A stretch of 64,000 nucleotides of DNA, from positions 25,112,001 through 25,176,000 of the forward strand of contig CM052818.1 of assembly GCA_028534125.1 (NCBI GenBank). The letters are read 5' to 3'. This document shows, one piece after another, positions 1-11,599 of this stretch. The position numbers and the translations under genes are program-made. This stretch comes from Lama glama. Its lineage: Eukaryota. Positions within the stretch are counted from its first letter, which is position 1, and the number at the start of each line of letters is the position of its first letter. The notes beneath the pieces are model-generated. The model searched no databases. It was not told the origin of the DNA and worked only from the letters and a program-made list of their open reading frames with translations.

Positions 1-159
1 GGGACTCTGAACATCAATAGTTAGGTCAGACTGACCTCCATGATGACAAACCTAATGATACTTTACTGTCTCCCTCCTCCTTAGTCTCTCTTTGGCATTT
101 AACACAGTTGATCATTCTCTTCTCAAAATTCCCTCCTTCTTTGCTTCATCGATACCAAT

Positions 160-612
160 TGTACTAGTTCCACAGATAGTAAAATTGAATAAGAAGTGCA
201 AGATGCTTGTGTGTGGAAACACCTGCGAAGGATAAAGAGGAACAAGAGCAGGAGTAGGACGCAAGAGTGTCTGACTGCTATGCATGCTGTAACGCCTGTG
301 ATGCGAGAGGAAGAAGGGAGAGGGGTTGGGTAGGAAGAGCCTCAGTCTGCAGGGCAGCTCTGGGAAAGTCTGGGAGCCCCAGAGCAAAGACTGCTCATTA
401 GAGGAAACCAAATTGGGCAGGAATGGCTGGCCAAGCTCAGTCATTGGCTAGGAGCACCTGGGGGGAGAAAGACGGCTGCATGAATGCTGTGATGTTTCCC
501 AAAGACACAGCGCCTGGTGGCTGCCAGTTAATCACACTCATCACAGCAGGTGAATCCTTGAAGGGAGTTCAGAGTGGTGCACTTCTATGGCTGCCACACA
601 ACTTCATTTCCA
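160..612. mobile_element. Old ERVL-type solo LTR (LTR16-like) interrupting an L2 remnant
   Basis: Resembles recalled LTR16-family sequence (gcagctctgggaaagt...cagtcattggc); pyrimidine-rich L2-like sequence on both sides. Confidence 0.5.
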
Positions 613-2074
613 CATGACATACTGGGTCCCACCTTCCTAGCCTCCTTTGCTGGATTCTCTTCCTTTGCTCACACTCTGTTGGGTTTCTCTAGGAACCCAT
701 TTTCTGCCTATTTCATACATCTTCTCTATAAGAATTCATCTCAACCCACAATTTCAAATACTACAATCACTGAATGTTAATGATCACTCCATATGTTAAT
801 TCAGGTCATCATTTTCTCTCACCCGTTACTGCAAGGGTCTCCTAACAATTCTCCTATCTCATCGCCAGCCTTGTCATCTGCTTTAGATTCATTTGCCACC
901 TGCAGCTGATGGGATATTTCTAAGGCACAAATAAGATCATGTCTTCCCTGTGCTGAAAACCCATCGACAGCTCCCTTGTGTTCTCAGTTAAAAATCCAAG
1001 TTATTTAACACAATTATATGCCCCTTAATGGACTGGTCCCTGTTTATCAATCTAGCCTCATCTGTTATTCACCCCAAACAGAATTACTTCTGTTTGAGTG
1101 TAACCTTTCTACTCTCAGAATGGCTCCTTGTCTGGCTAATTCTCTACTTGTCTTTTAAGTCTCAGCTTAGAGGTTCCTTTCTCTGCGAAGACTTCCATAA
1201 GCTGCAAAGACCAGATTTGGTGCCCTCTTATGTGATCCTAGGAACCACATAATAAAGGGCAAGGGGAATCTTGGTTGTGCATCTACAGAGGGCAGTGAAA
1301 CATCACTTGGGTGCTACATATTGGAAATGTAATAAAAGGGACAATATTTTACATTATCAGGACTTCTAGGGAACATACCATATGAAATAGAAAGGAATTT
1401 TATGATAAATAATTTGGTGTGGGTGATCATTCTCCAAAGGGATGTGATAGGCAAATATTCTCAATCCAGTCATCATCCACACTCCCTAGCCCAACCCCTA
1501 GGCATTTGGAAATGTTAATGACAGTATGGCTGGGAGCAGTATTGATGCGGGCAGGGATGTTATAATGTGTGGGGACAGTCCCACACAAGGAAGAACTGTC
1601 CTACCTAAAATGCTAATAAGACCTCCATTGAGAAACACCGTGCCAGGAGGTGTGCAAATCTGGGAGCAGAGCTGAAATGTAAAATTTACCACTTACTTTA
1701 CATTTCTGTTTGAGCACCTCAAACCTAACAGATATAAAACAGGATCATCTACTTTGTTCCAGTGTTAAAACCCTCCCCCAGATAACCCCTGTTCCTCTTA
1801 TTTTGCCAAATGCTATCATCTTTTTGGGATCTTCCCAGTTGTCTAAGCCAGAAGCCTGCTTGTCGTCTATGTCTCTGCCTGCTTCCTCACCTCCCCAAAA
1901 CTGTCAACTCCATCTTCCAATTATTTCCTGGTTTCTTCCCTCTCTCTCCATCCTAGGCATCCCTAGCCCTAATCCAGGTTCTCTTATATATGTTATTGCA
2001 TTTTCTTGCTAAATCATATCTCCATTCCCATCCTCATGACTATCACCCTTTAAAACATTCTAAAATGTACTCAA

Positions 2075-2225
2075 GGGGAGTGGGGATAGCTCAGTGGTAG
2101 AGCACATGCTTCACACGTGCAAGATCCTGGGTTCAATCCCTGGTACCTTCATAAAAAAAAAATTTTTTTAAAGAGGTAGGTTTCTTAAAAAAAGGGGTGG
2201 GGGGACAAACTACTAAAAAATAAAA
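2075..2225 (+). mobile_element. tRNA-derived SINE (camelid Vic-1-like) with an extended A-rich tail
   Basis: A-box TAGCTCAGTGG, B-box GGTTCAATCC, A-rich tail, target-site-duplication-like taaaatgtac at 2061-2070 and 2226-2235. Confidence 0.85.
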
Positions 2226-3039
2226 TAAAATGTACAAAAAATAACAGTAATTAATACTTTGTGGGATTACTGTGGTGCCAGGCACTACTGACTTTTGCAT
2301 GTGTTTTCTTTTTGACTGTTCACAATAGCCCCAGTTTGAAAGAACTTTCCAAGGTCGTTCAGTAAGGAGACAGAGACAAGATTTGAACCCAGGTAGCCAG
2401 GCTCAGAGCTAGGCTAGGCTACATAACCTCTGGAACTTTCTGCCATATTGTTTCACAGACATGTCAGGGTCTGCTTCTCCTCCCCTGGTGGATGGCCTGG
2501 TTGTAGTGAGTCTTTTTTGAGCTCAGTTGGCTCAGTATTCCCTTCCAAGAGCAGCTAGTGTCCTGAAAATGTGAGTGGTGGTTATAAGGTCAATAAGCCA
2601 AAGAAGTGTATCCAAGGGGTTGGTTATTAGACAAGAGATCCTGAGGATGAGACTGAAAGCTAGGTGGAGACAAGGGACCTTCTAAGCCAAAGACCCATGA
2701 GGGACGGGCTAACAGAAGGGTGTTCTGGATATAGTGCCAAGAGCTACTGCCCATCTTAGCCTTTCTGTGCTTCCTCCTGTGTGATGCTTACTTGGATGGA
2801 TGCTTTAAGGGGCTAAGTGGTCAGTCTAAAGTGTACCACCTCCCCCTTGTCTGTCTGGCAAACTCCAACATATTCTTCAAGATTTAACTTTAGCATCATT
2901 CTTCTATCTTCCTGTATACATTTATGTCTCCTCTGGGCTCCTCACACTGTCTTGTGAGACTGCAAATTCCTGGAGGGCAGTCACCGTGGCTTTTCTTTTT
3001 GTATTTTATACCACCAGAATCCTATCATCACTGACTCTA

Positions 3040-3480
3040 AGTGTGTTACAGGGAAGGCAGTTTTTGGCTCAGCACAAGGGAAATTTTTAAAAGTATACTT
3101 TAACTACAGACTAGTAGCTAAGAGTATGGCCTTTGTGTCATACTAACTTGGTTCAAATTTCAGCTGTGTTACCTTGAGCAGTTTAATCTGTTTGTGCCTC
3201 AAAAAAATGGAGATAACAATACCTATGCCATCAAGCTGTTGTGAGAATTAAATGAGATAATACATGGAAAGTACTAATCTCAGTTCCTGGCACCCTGCAA
3301 GCACTTGGTAATGTTAGATATTATTTTTTTCTATTATTTTCATGATTATTGACTAACACTACCTCATAATGAGGCGGAGTGCTTTGGAAACAGTGAGTTC
3401 CCTTTCATTGAAGGTATTCAAGCAGTAGTAAATACAGGAGAGATGCTGCAGAAGCAGCTTATGACTTCTAAGGATGCTTC
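3040..3480 (+). mobile_element. CR1/L3 3' remnant interrupted by a MIR (~3105-3330)
   Basis: L3-like gtgagttccctttcattgaaggtattcaagcag; MIR core gttgtgagaattaaatgagataa. Confidence 0.55.
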
Positions 3481-5666
3481 TAATCATAGAAGAGGGGAGC
3501 TATTTCTTCTGATTCAAAGAAAGTGTGATCGTTAGTGTTACTTCTAGTGAAGCTGAGTAGCATTAGAATAGGGGAAAAAAAGACATCAGATTTGGCTGTA
3601 TGTATATATCACAAAGAACAAAATATTTTATTCTTTGTCAATTGCAAAAGCCCTTTTATTTATGTTGTAATCCACATGGCAAATCAGGCCCTTACATGTA
3701 AATTCATGTCTTTTCAAAAGTCCTAGCTTGGCCTTGCCAAGATGGAACAAACAAAACTTTAAAGACTGTTTCAGCCCTACTGAAATGTCTTTTCCCTTTG
3801 AAAGAAGTCTATTAGTGATGCAAATGCAAAGTTATCTACACAGAAGATAATCCTAGTAAACAAAGCAGTGAAACTATTAGAACGTTCTTGTGCAGCATTC
3901 AATCCTGAGAATTTGGCTTTCCAGCATTAAAAAGGCAGAGAAAGAGAGCAGGACTGATTCCTATTTGGGATAGTTTATTAGGTCTGCTTATCTGAGCCCT
4001 GGGTTAATTATCCTCATGTTTGGCTTAGAGGCCAAACAATTCTCCAAATGTGGACAGGCTGAAGGAAGTCTTGCACTCTGGGCAAGTACTTTAAACAGAC
4101 AAAAGCAGGGTTCTTAGCCATGGAATAACATTTACAGTCAGGAGTTTAATTCCCAAGATTTGAGAGCCTTAAGGTAGATCCATCCAGAAGTCACCCAATG
4201 ATAAGCACTCATAGGGCTGCAATTTAAGCGCTATGCTCATAGCTGATGCTTTAAAATAATTAAAAATTAAACAATGGAAAGTCTACTTGTATAGGTGAAG
4301 ATATGGTCATTTTCCAACATCTTTTAGTCAGAGCACACAACTTCTTTGAGAATTTATTAGCATGTAATCTTTCTGTAAGCAAAAGAATTGCAAAGATAAA
4401 AACGTATGTTGCAATTAACTGTAAATTTGCTTGACTATTATTTGATTATACTTATTTATCCTAGACCTAGTTTCTCAGGGAGCCAAGAGGCTTTAGGGAA
4501 TATTAGTGGTCAGAAAGCGTGATGCCTAAGGGCATTGGGAAAGCGTTCCTCAAGTAAAATTCCAAAGTGGAATTGCTGAAAGTGGCCATCACCTCCTTGG
4601 CTAAAGCTTTTGTAAATGCCTAGTGGGCAGTTTATGGATCACAGAAAATTAACCTTCCACATCCACATGCTTTCTCGGACAGCCAATAAGAGTTGCAGCT
4701 GGTGTCCACACAGATAGTATGTAACGCTCGCAATCTGGGTCTTGAGCTGGGTGGGGTTGGGTAGGTAAACTATAGAGCTTCCGGGTCATCACGTGTTGAC
4801 AGCTCAGGTGTGGGAATGGATCTTGTCCTCGCTCCACCCTCCACCCCCACCCCCACCTTTCCTTCGCAAGGTTGCTGGTCAGCTTGCAGTCCCCGCCCCG
4901 GCTTTAGATAATCCAGACGTCTCTGGTGAAGGTCAAGCCCAGCCTCAGTTCTGCGCTCTGCCTGCCTCCCACGCCCTCCACGCGGGCTGGCTGGCGGCCG
5001 TTCCGCGTGTTTTCCCTCAGAACTTCCCACGCCCTACCCAGTGCACACGCCTCCCAGGCCGCCCTCCTGGCTTGACCTGTTTGGCACCCTGACAGGTCCA
5101 CTCCAAGGGCCCGAGTGTCGGGGAGCGGGGCCAGCACAGTTCACTTTCCTCAGGGGCTTTCCTCAGGACGACCCCTTCCCCACAATCCCAGAAAGTCTGT
5201 GGTACTCCGCTGGGTCCTCTGTGTGTACCTGCTTCTAAGAAAAAAAAAGTTTGGGACACTGGCAGTCTTGCAAATGAAAACTATACTACCTGCTCAGGAG
5301 GGGACATGATGCGGCGACGTCAAACTTTGTCGTTGCGGGAGTGACAAGCGAACAGGAGCTCCCTTCTGCCTGTCTCTCGCGCGGTCTCGGGAGCGGGCGA
5401 ACCTTTTCTGGCACCGCACCGTAGCAACCGCGCGCGGGGCCGCTGCCCCGGGAAGATGCGGCCGCGGGGTCCGGTTAGGGCCGGGCCGCCTGCCCTCGCC
5501 AGGCAGGCGCGTGGAGCCGGAGCGCGCACGGGGCGGGCCGCGCACGGGGCTGGGGAGCGCTCCCTCTGGGATCGCGGCTGCGCAGTCGGGCGGGAGCCGG
5601 GAAAAGGGGGAGGAGGGTGGAGGAGCCGGAGTAAGGGGAGGGGGAGGAGCGGCGAAGGCGGAAGCC

Positions 5667-5726
5667 ATGTTGGAGTTTCACCCCGAGCGAGGGGCTGCGA
5701 GCGTTCTCCGCTCCGTGTGGGTGTGA
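5667..5726 (+). other. Candidate uORF MLEFHPERGAASVLRSVWV* (19 aa) in the presumed 5' UTR
   Basis: gccATGt start (G at -3), TGA at 5724-5726, same frame as the main ATG. Requires a TSS upstream of 5667. Confidence 0.6.
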
Positions 5727-5933
5727 CCCGGGTTCGGCGCCGCGGCGGGCTGCTGGGGGCGGGGACGGTTAGGCCGGTCATCGTCGTTCGCGGCGGCGGC
5801 CGCAGCGTGGAGCCGAGCGATTGTGACCGCCGGGGGAGCCGGGGGCCGGCCGCGGCTCCCACTCTCCTTGTGGCCCCCTGACCGCCCCCCCTCCCCTGCC
5901 CGGGAGGGAGGCGGGGGGCACCCGGGGCCCGCC

Positions 5934-6029
5934 ATGAACCCCGGCTTCGATCTGTCCCGCCGGAACCCGCAGGAGGACTTCGAGCTGATTCAGCGCATCG
6001 GCAGCGGCACCTACGGCGACGTCTACAAG
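5934..6029 (+). CDS. MAP4K3: MAP4K3 (GLK) coding exon 1: [32 protein letters not shown], kinase subdomain I (Gly-rich loop)
   Basis: ATG in cccgccATGa context at 5934; 96 nt encoding GSGTYG..VYK; donor AAG|GTGAGG at 6030. The N-terminus matches MAP4K3 as I recall it, not the paralogues MAP4K5 or MAP4K2. Confidence 0.97.
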
Positions 6030-7179
6030 GTGAGGGCGAGGAGCCGCGCACCGCCGAGGCCGCGGGGCGCTGACCCGCCGCCGGGAGGGCCGGGGGCGCC
6101 GCGGAGCCTGGGCGTCCGAGTCGGCGCTGCCTCTCGGTGGGAGACGCTGGCGCCCGGGAGCTGTGGGGGAGGAGGAGCGGCGGGCGCCCAGGGCTCCGCG
6201 GCCGCGCAGCGAACAAAGGGCCAGATGTTTAACCCCGAGACCTCGGAGTCCTCACCTGAGCCTCCCCTGGACGCGCGTCTCCCGGGAAGGACTGAACGGT
6301 GGCGGCCACTCTGCTCTTGAGCGCGCGGGCAGGTCGCGGCGTTTGTTGCATTGGTGGGGTCAGTGCGACGAGCCGGACCGCAGGGGTCTGGCGTCTGTCA
6401 AAGCTGCGTGCTTCAGGCCGACTTGGGGTTGTCCGCGGTGGGTTGGCATCTGCTGCCCACTGGGCCCAGAGGTAGTACCCTTGGCAAGCTCGGTTGACAG
6501 CCCCTCAACCTTTCTCTTCTTAACATCCGCATACCAGTTTCTTTTAATTCTCCAAGTGATGACTTTATTCTGTAAGAGAGATCTCGTTAGTATTTTTCTC
6601 TTTTTTCTTTTTCTTTCTTCCTTTTTTTTTTTTGGAGGAAAGAGAAAATTTGTTTTCTGCAACTCAGATTGGATTATGATGCCTTATTTAACTTGTTTTT
6701 GTCAGTGACACATAGGATTCAGCTTTTTTTTTTTTTTAGGTAAATTGAATACTTAGGAAAGGTGCTGGTTTGACAAGGTTAGAATTCAAAGTCCATTGGT
6801 AGTACAGCATTCCTTTTGTAGAGGGACCACTTCTAAATGTGGGAGATAAATCATGCTTCCCTGGCCAGCTCAACTCTTGGCCTCGCAGAGACTGCCAAGA
6901 AGAGGAGGCTAGTGCCAAATGTGGCAGCAGTCTTGATTTGGTTGTGTATCTTCTTACTTGTAACTGAAGTGGAACTTCTCCTGTTTCACGTAACACCTGA
7001 GGATGCCTGAAGAAACTTAGTTTTACTTTGGAAAGTTTTGTCTTAACTTTATTTAACCCACGTTTAAGCAGTAGATTTTTAACTTTTACTTCACTGTAAT
7101 GCAAATGGTAACTTTAAATATTTAATACAGTGCAGCCAGTATTCTGCATTAGTCTTGTGAATGACTTGCTTTTCATCAT

Positions 7180-7790
7180 CACTTATCTCACCACTTTTCT
7201 CCATAGACAGTACAGGTGTCTTGTGCACACCTATGTATAAGGTACTGTGCATCTAAGCACTTGGGTTGCAGCAAAAAAGACAGACATATTGCCAAGTCTT
7301 ACTTGTTTATATTTTTTGGACAAGAACAACATTAAACAAGCATTTAAATAGTTGTTTTAATGCAGTTTTATCTTGTGCTGCAGAGAAGAGAAGATTAGAA
7401 TTAGGGTTAGGAGAGCATGTAACAGGAGAGCCTCATCTTCTCTGGGGAGTTAGTGTAATGGGGAGAGGAAATTATTCCAGATAGAGGGAGCATGATCTGT
7501 GAAGGCTTGGAGGCCCCAAGGAACAGGGTAAGGATTTGAAAGGAGACCTCTATGGCCAGAGCAGCCAGAGAGGGAGGATGGCCCTAGATCATGCAGTCCT
7601 CCTAGGTACTGTAAGGAGGTCAGACATGTTTAGGACAATAGGGAGCCATTGCAGGGTTTTAAGTAGGAGAGTGAAACAAGATTTGAATTTTTAAAAGTTT
7701 ACCTACTGCATTGTGGGAAGTGGAGATGAGGGGGCAGAGGTAAAGAGCAGTTAGGAGGCCATTGTGAGAATAACCATTATGCTCTTGTGC
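7180..7790 (-). mobile_element. L2 LINE fragment
   Basis: Typical antisense L2 text such as gggagccattgcagggttttaagtaggagagtga and gttaggaggccattg. Confidence 0.6.
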
Positions 7791-8114
7791 TTTGGAATTT
7801 GTAGTGATTGTGAAAGTTGAAGTGAGTGGATCCTGGTAGCTTGGAATTGATTAAAGAAGTCTGGTTGTATTTAGACAAGAAGTTAACTGAAACTTTGCTC
7901 ATGTGTCAGACTTAGGTGGCAGTGTGTGCAGTAAGTTCTTTTTAGGTTCTTTGCAAGAATAATTGGCTATGTATTTACTATATTTAGGAAAAACAGCTGG
8001 TAGTTAAGCCATATGATTAAAAAGTTAAAAAAATTAAGGCCTGTAATTTCCTAAGGACATCTAGGTGCAGTACAGATATAGTTGATTAATCTTGTCATCT
8101 GTTTAAAATAATCA

Positions 8115-8360
8115 TAATAAAAGCTAACATTTATCGGGTGCTCATTACTTGCCAGGCACTGCTCTAGGACTTCTCCACGTATCAGCTTACTTAATCCTTA
8201 CAAAACTCCTATGATATAAATGCTGTAATTAATTCCATTTTGCAGTGGAAGAAACTGAGGCACAGAGAGGTTATGGTAACTTGCCTAAGTTGGTAGGTGG
8301 CAAAGCCAAGGTGTGAACCAGTTAGCTTCAGCAAGTACATTCTTAACCAATAGGCCATTT
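8115..8360 (-). mobile_element. MIR SINE
   Basis: ccattttgcagtggaagaaactgaggcacagagaggtta core. Confidence 0.8.
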
Positions 8361-10539
8361 GTCTCAAGACAGGATATGGGCAAGTAACGTATTACCAAAT
8401 TTCCAGTGGAGAAACTGAGGCACACGCTTAGTGCAGCATCCGAGTTGCAGTCACACTCTGAGTAGGAGTGGATCTTCAAGTAGTAGTTAAAATACCCATC
8501 TCCCGCCAAGTGGCCAGGCCTCACTGTTTTTGTAGAGTCTGCCAAGTGCACATCAGATAATAGATGCTTGATCCCTGCCGGCGACTCTTCTAATACCAGG
8601 GGCCCAAAGCAGAGAAACTCCATGTGGTTTTTGGCATCATACCCCCTGCTTGCTAAATAACCCAAAGCTTAAACTGTATGTGTTTTTGTCTGTACATAAT
8701 CATGTTTGTGCTATAACAGAGTTTTTTATAATTGTTTTGCTGTTTTAGATTTTTCTTATTTATACAAACTGTGTTCATCAAAAAGGAGTGCATTAAACGA
8801 TTTTTTTCAAAAGCCAGTGTATATAGCTTGCTCCTTAATTTGTCAGTGTTCAGGTGCTAAAAATGGAGTGAGCTGATTAAATAAGTTAGGAACCTAATTA
8901 TTTATACTCATTCTTAGAAGTTTGGTGTTTTAAGGGATTTTTACTTTGAAAACTGTATGCTACCCAATGGAATCATATGCTTATTGTATATAAAATGTCA
9001 TGGTTTAGTTAAAAAGTCTGAGCTAAGATGTGGAAGTTCTGGAATGTATTAGCTACGTGGCCTTCTAAAATCATTTAGTCTCTCAGAACTGTTTTGTTGT
9101 GCAGTATTATTACCCTCATTATGTCCTTCTGTTTATGGTGTTAAATAAATGACTGGAATTTTACTCAACAAATAAGTTTTAATTTTTTTGAGTCCAGAAA
9201 ATGCAGATATACATTTCCTCTGCACCATCTTAAAGCACATGAAAATATAGTTTAAAAAGAAAAATCAATCTTACTTTTAAATGTAACTCTGGGCTTCATC
9301 TGTCAGATGAGGTATCTATAGCAGGGGCTACCTAGGGACCTGGGAGTTGACACCTAGGAAGAGCTCTATGGTTGGGCCTCAGGGGCCCATGAAACCCTCT
9401 GAAATTAATGGCTTAGTGTTGTATATGTGTTTTTCTGAAGAGATGGCTTATGATATTCATTACATTTACAAAGAGATCCATGACCCCCCCCCCCCAAATA
9501 ATGAATAATCTATAGGTTTGTCATTTGAAAGAGATTTCTGGAGAAGTGATATACCGTATCACTTTACCAACATTTACCAGCATCGCGTGCATTGTGCTGT
9601 TTTTTCTCTGGCAGTTTTCTAGTTTACTTTGTATTATTCCCACCCTTACAGTCTTTATGTCTGGATGGGTTTCTAGATTTATTCCTAAAGAGAAGAAGAT
9701 ACTAAAGCTGGAGGTAGGGTAAGGCAAGGTTGTTTTGAGGGATTGGTCTAAATGTGTTTCTAAGGGAGTATGTCATCTACTCTGGTGGCTTTAGCCTGGC
9801 TCCTATGAACTACACCCAGATGTCTCCAGCTTGTGCTTCACCTTGAGTTCTAGCGCGTTGTCTCCAGCTGACCTCTTCACAGACTACATCGTCCTCCAGA
9901 GGGATTCCTTTCCTCATGACCCACTTTTGTTGAATGCCCCAATATTGACTGTTTACTGAGGGTTAAGGCCTTGGAATCATCTTTTATTTGTGGGCTTGAC
10001 TTCGTAGGTTTTACAGAGTGTGACCAGGATGTTCCAGGGAAAGCAGTTCTAGGGTGTATTAGACTCAGAAGTCCTATGGTAAAGAAACCTGGTAAACTTT
10101 GCTTAACCCGGTAAACTTCACACTTAATGGACAATGGGATTCTTTTTCTCTGTAATACCAATTGCTTGTCCTTAGAACTAGTGCCTGTAGAACATGCTTT
10201 GGAAATGTTGGTATTGATTTTATCTACATGTGTTTGGAAGCCATTCCCTCTGAAGCAGATGCTGTGATGTGGCTAAGCTCCAAGGTAGCATTCACATGGT
10301 AGTCTGTATAAACAGACTTGGAGTCTCTTGAAAGCTGACAGGAGGAATATTGGAGATTGGACAGAGAAATCAGGAAATTAATTTGTATGTTCAAATATTT
10401 AGTGAGTTATATGTTGGCTTTTTTGAAGCTCTGCATCTTTCAGAGTGTTCTGATTAATGTCATCAAACACTAATTCTTTCATTATGGTCAGGATTTATAA
10501 GAACGTTTCTGGAAAACTCAGTTCTGAAACCTCACCTCT

Positions 10540-10820
10540 TAGACAGGACATGAAGACCTTAAGCGTTTAGAAAAGAAAAACTGAAGAAAAATGAAACGTG
10601 GATCTCTCTGGGGTTATGCTCATTTTTACTTTCATGGAGGACAAAGTCTAGAGGGACCAGAGGAAATGGTCCTAGACTTCAGAGAGATTGTTTGAATATT
10701 TAAGGAAAATTAAGGTAGATTTTTCGAGCATCAGTAATTGTTTGAGATGGAAAGTGACCGTGGAACAGTTGTGGGATAGTTTCTCTGGAGAGCTTTAAAA
10801 AACAAGCAGGTTATCTGACT
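10540..10820 (+). mobile_element. CR1/L3 LINE 3' remnant
   Basis: Resembles the CR1 3' end (...gttgtgggatagtttctctggagagctttaaaaaac). Confidence 0.5.
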
Positions 10821-11199
10821 TTGATATGTATCTGATTCCCTAAAGGAGGTACTTACCTCCAAGATTGGATTTGTATATATATTTACTTGTGAAAGAACAT
10901 CTAATTATTTTATATTGAGAATGAATAGTTAGTATTCTCTCATGAGAGTCCATTGAACATCCATCCTATGCTGAATAGCTGTAATGTGAAAGGAAAGGTT
11001 CCAGGGACTGTGCGAGGAGTAGCAATGACAAGACATGGCACTTTATTTATAGAGACATAAAATGTGAACCTGCTTTTAGCTGTCATAGTCTGAGATCAAA
11101 ACCTTGTTGATTTCCTCTTTTCTGGCACATTAAATCTCTTAACTGGCTGAGAGATGGTTTTGACACTCCATAGTGTGGACAGCTGACTTCTCTGTAGCA

Positions 11200-11380
11200 C
11201 AACATAGTGATTTAGGAGCCGGGATCTGGAGTCAAACTGCCTAGTTTCACCACCCACTAGCTAGTTACTTAATGCTTCTCTCTGTGCCTCAGTTTCCTCA
11301 GTTGTAAAATGGAGATGCTCAGGAAAGTGCCTGTCGCATGGTACTCAGTAATTGTTAATTGCTGTCAGTAGTAGTATTTA
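11200..11380 (+). mobile_element. MIR SINE
   Basis: ctctgtgcctcagtttcctcagttgtaaaatggagat core. Confidence 0.75.
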
Positions 11381-11599
11381 TTACTATATGTTTCTCCTGC
11401 AGCTGGCCTCCTAACCTACTCTGCTCTTCAAACACTTCATCCTCAGTGTTTTTGCACTTGCGGTCTGTGCTTGAAAATTCCCCTGTCCCAATATCTGTAT
11501 GGTTTGCATCTTCATTTCTCTCAGGTCTCAAGTGTCACCATTTAACGCCCCTGTTCTTATTGTCCTATAAAAAACAGCTCCTCCCCCTTTTGTCTTTAC

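Larger units (their letters stand above)
4890..6440. promoter_or_regulatory. CpG-island promoter and 5' UTR of MAP4K3, no obvious TATA box, probably bidirectional
   Basis: Sharp rise in GC and CpG. GC boxes (ccccgcccc ~4891, ggggcggg ~5530 and ~5756), CRE-like cgacgtca ~5315, ETS core gcggaag directly followed by YY1-like gccatgtt (~5658-5671). Exact TSS cannot be read from sequence. Confidence 0.9.

Noticed and set aside
2080..2152. Possible tRNA gene (A-box and B-box present)
   Set aside because: Poor acceptor-stem pairing, A-rich tail and TSD indicate a tRNA-derived SINE; the same applies to 44514-44631.
5320..6216. 298-aa antisense ORF and other overlapping ORFs in the CpG island
   Set aside because: Arg/Pro/Gly/Ala low-complexity products expected from stop-poor GC-rich DNA; no recognisable domain.
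5823..6320. 165-aa ORF as a single-exon gene
   Set aside because: Only 5934-6029 is kinase sequence; the rest is 5' UTR and readthrough past the GTGAGG donor into intron 1.
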